A DNA stretch of 64,000 nucleotides. Source: Candidatus Gottesmanbacteria bacterium (GTDB taxonomy: Bacteria; Patescibacteriota; Microgenomatia; UBA10105; UBA927). Position 1 is the first letter of the stretch. Every line of letters starts with the position of its first letter. The position numbers and the translations under genes are program-made. The notes under the pieces were generated by a model. The model was not told where the DNA came from and did no database searches. It worked only from the letters and a program-made list of their open reading frames with translations. The DNA is taken from the NCBI GenBank assembly GCA_963711735.1, contig CAVQFA010000005.1, positions 7,525-71,524 of the forward strand. Direction: 5' to 3'. Positions 61,050-64,000 of the stretch are shown here, in pieces.

Positions 61050-61559
61050 TTGGAGAATATGCCTGATCATACTCCGTTAGATGGTGGTTATTTCGATTCC
61101 GACCAACAAGAAGAGGAGCAAAGAAAATGGATGCTGTACGCTCAGCGTATCGGTACGTGGCTGATGATTGCAGGAAAAGATAAGGAGAACCGTAAAGCTG
61201 TCAATATGCTCCGCGATGAACTTCAAAAAGGAAATGTCCTTTTTTCGATAGGGAGCAGCGTACCGGGCAGAAACGAGCCGATTGGAGTACGTGGTGGTCC
61301 TTGGAATATGGTTCAGCGTAACAACGAAAGAATTGCAGCATCCGGCACTGCACTGATTCTCTTTGTAACGCCGGATTTTTTGAGAAGTAAAATAAAATCG
61401 GAAACTACATCGGGTATCCTTCAGGATGCCATGCAGACAATCCTGGAGGCTCCGGACGTATCATCGCCAAACAGAATTATTGCGGAAACTCTTGAAAACT
61501 ACAGGTTTGTCGTTATAAAAGCCCGTCAGTTCCCGCAGGAAATTTTTAATCGTAAATAA
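61050..61559 (+). CDS. Hypothetical protein.
   Basis: 169-aa ORF. Confidence 0.35.
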   Translation: MENMPDHTPLDGGYFDSDQQEEEQRKWMLYAQRIGTWLMIAGKDKENRKAVNMLRDELQKGNVLFSIGSSVPGRNEPIGVRGGPWNMVQRNNERIAASGTALILFVTPDFLRSKIKSETTSGILQDAMQTILEAPDVSSPNRIIAETLENYRFVVIKARQFPQEIFNRK

Positions 61560-61612
61560 TAAGTATCTGCGACGTATCAGAGATTTGGCTTAAGCAGGAT
61601 GCTTCATCCGAT

Positions 61613-62110
61613 TTATTCCATTTTCACTCCGTATTCTCTATGTAAAAAGGGGTTAAAGGTAACGTCAGCAATGCCGTTCCCGTTTCTGTTTATAACCATC
61701 CTGACATAATTCCGTACAATGGGTGGAGTATTGTTTCCGTCATGAAGTTGTACTCCTTCCCGTCCACGTGCTGATTCCATATAGATAAGTACGCTATTAT
61801 CTTCATGCGATGCGCAGACTGAAACACCCGCGGTAAAAGTGCTGTCAGGATTTGTATAATTCAGACAAAGTCCGCCGTCATACACTCCGGTTACTATTTC
61901 CCACGATGTTTGGAAACTGAGAACCGCATCCCGGACATTCTCATCGAGATTTGGTATTGCATTCAACAGGTCGCCTACCGAATTGTGTAACTGCAATATG
62001 ATAAATCTCGGAGTATCTGCTTTTTCCTTTAACATTTTTCGGAGTTTCAAAATGTCATTGCAGGCTCTGCTCATGACTTGAGGTTGTATGCTTTCATGAC
62101 TTTGTCCCAT
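61613..62110 (-). CDS. Hypothetical protein, paralog of 62169..62669.
   Basis: LLNAIPNLDENVRDAVLSFQTSWEIVTG aligns with LIGAIPDIDPETAGKLTCLEGAWRTEIS in the adjacent gene. Confidence 0.4.
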   Translation of the reverse strand: MGQSHESIQPQVMSRACNDILKLRKMLKEKADTPRFIILQLHNSVGDLLNAIPNLDENVRDAVLSFQTSWEIVTGVYDGGLCLNYTNPDSTFTAGVSVCASHEDNSVLIYMESARGREGVQLHDGNNTPPIVRNYVRMVINRNGNGIADVTFNPFLHREYGVKME

Positions 62111-62168
62111 AATTTCCTTCTAGAAAAAATATCTTAAATACCATTAAACACAACCCTACATTTCAGAA

Positions 62169-62669
62169 TTACTCAGCACTCACGAGCCGACGACTTTGAT
62201 GAAGCTGTGTTTTTCTTGTCAAGTCATATAAAAATACACGCTCGCTGATTTGCTGAAGAGAAAGAGTAATGATTTCCCACGTCCTTCCGGCCTCCTCCCG
62301 TTCATGCTGATTGGGGTCATAATCACCGTATGTCATACTTAACGTAGCGGTCCACTGTTCGTATCTGAGTATCAAAGCCCTGTTCCTGTTATCCTGTGGT
62401 CTTTTTCTGAGTATTATGCTTATGTCCGGAGGCTGGGAAATTTCCGTGCGCCATGCTCCTTCCAAACAGGTTAGTTTCCCTGCCGTTTCAGGATCTATAT
62501 CAGGAATTGCGCCGATTAATGATCGTAATGGGGTTATGACATCGGCATTCCGGGCACCTGGCTCCGCTTGAGTGTCATACAGAGATTTGAAAATCCCGGT
62601 TATTTGTTCAACTGCTGCGCAAAGACCATTTCCGGATGGTAAATCTACTCTTCTATATTGTTCGATCAT
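62169..62669 (-). CDS. Hypothetical protein, paralog of 61613..62110.
   Basis: See the paralog alignment above. 166 aa. Confidence 0.4.
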   Translation of the reverse strand: MIEQYRRVDLPSGNGLCAAVEQITGIFKSLYDTQAEPGARNADVITPLRSLIGAIPDIDPETAGKLTCLEGAWRTEISQPPDISIILRKRPQDNRNRALILRYEQWTATLSMTYGDYDPNQHEREEAGRTWEIITLSLQQISERVFLYDLTRKTQLHQSRRLVSAE

Positions 62670-62842
62670 GCTGATTTAGGTTGGCATGGGATTGTGGCCG
62701 GATAATACGGGTTTTTTTGGCATCCGTCAAGCAGAGTAAAAATTCAATTTGTCCTATCAGAAACTCAAAAAAGATGTTCATACGAGAAAATTGATATTGT
62801 TTCAGATGGTATGATATACTCCAGGCAATTGTCATTCAAACT

Positions 62843-63379
62843 ATGATTGAAAGAAATCCACTGGAATTGCTTGTTTACGATTATCCTGACTGGTATCTGC
62901 CTGTCCGCGGTGCCGTAAGTACGCTTTGTATCACGAATGCTCCGAACCGGGTGGCAGAAAGGTATTTACCAATTGATCCGGATCATTTTTCCGTTGCAAT
63001 AATACAACATGTCGGAATTCTACCCCTGGTTATTGCTGTCGGACCTGTTGATTTACTGGGAAACACGCAAGTTATAACAGGCGGTTCCGCACCGGAAATT
63101 TCTTTTTTAACACTTTTTACACGAGCCGGAATGAGCAATATTCTGACACAGTATTATATTGATGATGGTATTCCACAATCTGAAATCAGCATATCAGAAC
63201 CGCTTTCGTCCGGAATGGATTCACAACCGTTTGGCGGGTCAATAAGAAAATCGGATTTCATCATGCCGGGTGCCGAACAAACCGGAATACTTGTCGTTTG
63301 TCCGGGTTGGACTATGAAGGGGGACAAACGAAGAGATCCTCCGATTTCCGGCATTTGGTTCCCCTCAAACCTCTCATGA
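62843..63379 (+). CDS. Hypothetical protein.
   Basis: 178-aa ORF. Confidence 0.3.
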   Translation: MIERNPLELLVYDYPDWYLPVRGAVSTLCITNAPNRVAERYLPIDPDHFSVAIIQHVGILPLVIAVGPVDLLGNTQVITGGSAPEISFLTLFTRAGMSNILTQYYIDDGIPQSEISISEPLSSGMDSQPFGGSIRKSDFIMPGAEQTGILVVCPGWTMKGDKRRDPPISGIWFPSNLS

Positions 63380-63948
63380 TATCAGAGTCTGAATTACCGC
63401 TTCTGAGACAAAGAATGGGTTGTACGCCCGCTGATGATGTTGCGTATGAAGCGATAACCGGCAGGTGGCAGGATTATCTGGATAATTTGCAGACTACCCG
63501 TCCTCTTTGGAATGAGGGTATCCAGTGGGAGCCGGAAAAGCCGACCTTCAATGATTTCCTCATAGGAATGAAAATTACTGTTGTAAGCGTTGATGATTTT
63601 GGACGCGTCGCCGGATTTGCATATATACGCCGGATCCGGGCTATGTATGACCGGACGAAGGAGATGGTTTTTGCATCGACGTCAGCATACATAGTACCGG
63701 GTGACAACAGGTCTGTCGGGTTGTCAAGAATTGTTATCAGTGCTGTGCATGAGAAAGTCTGTTCGCTCTATAAAAATTCAGGAGAGCGCCGGCCACTTCT
63801 TTTTTTTGAGTCTATGATTATTCCGGAAACAGATAAAACCGGAGGAATCCGCATGGGCATCGGGAGAATTCTTATGGACCTCGGGTATTCACAACCGTAC
63901 GGGGATGCAGAGTATTTGTTTGTAAAAGAACTTGAACCTTGCGTCTGA
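63376..63948 (+). CDS. Hypothetical protein (weak GNAT-like G-x-G-x-G patch IRMGIGRILMDLGY). ORF 63298..63948, start placed at the internal Met.
   Basis: The ATG at 63376 overlaps the stop of the upstream ORF (atga). Confidence 0.25.
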   Translation: MISESELPLLRQRMGCTPADDVAYEAITGRWQDYLDNLQTTRPLWNEGIQWEPEKPTFNDFLIGMKITVVSVDDFGRVAGFAYIRRIRAMYDRTKEMVFASTSAYIVPGDNRSVGLSRIVISAVHEKVCSLYKNSGERRPLLFFESMIIPETDKTGGIRMGIGRILMDLGYSQPYGDAEYLFVKELEPCV

Positions 63949-64000
63949 CAACGCAGGGCTGTAAATCGGAATAAGAATGGTATATACTCCCAATCGTATG

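Overview
This 64-kb window looks like a small-genome (CPR/Patescibacteria-like) bacterium. TGA and TAA act as stops, so the standard code applies. The dominant feature is a ~20.6-kb minus-strand gene (20649..41228) encoding a giant Thr-rich collagen-like (Gly-X-Thr)n protein, BclA-like in composition. Its predicted architecture is tandem integrase-type core-binding (SAM-like) domains at the N-terminus (in 40713..41228), one TM helix, a beta-rich stalk, about 4,800 aa of G-X-Y triplets including some 20 near-identical 261-bp tandem repeats, and a ~1,370-aa C-terminal tail-fibre-like domain. The gene is interrupted by many apparent +/-1 frameshifts. It lies directly beside three tandem type IV pilin genes with Pro/Thr-rich C-terminal tails. 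Next to the pilins sits an O-antigen-ligase-family membrane protein with TPR repeats, a candidate pilin O-oligosaccharyltransferase. Upstream of that runs a ~10-kb glycan cassette: an epimerase/dehydratase, two DegT aminotransferases, an LbH acetyltransferase, a SAM methyltransferase, four GT2 and several GT-C membrane glycosyltransferases. I read the whole as a surface-fibre plus pilus glycosylation island. Housekeeping genes are leuS, argS, lepA and a comEA/comEC DNA-uptake pair with a nearby secreted thermonuclease. Single-base frameshifts at short homopolymers also hit leuS and two membrane proteins. Because an essential gene is affected, most frameshifts are probably sequence errors rather than biology. 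comEC additionally carries an in-frame TAG.
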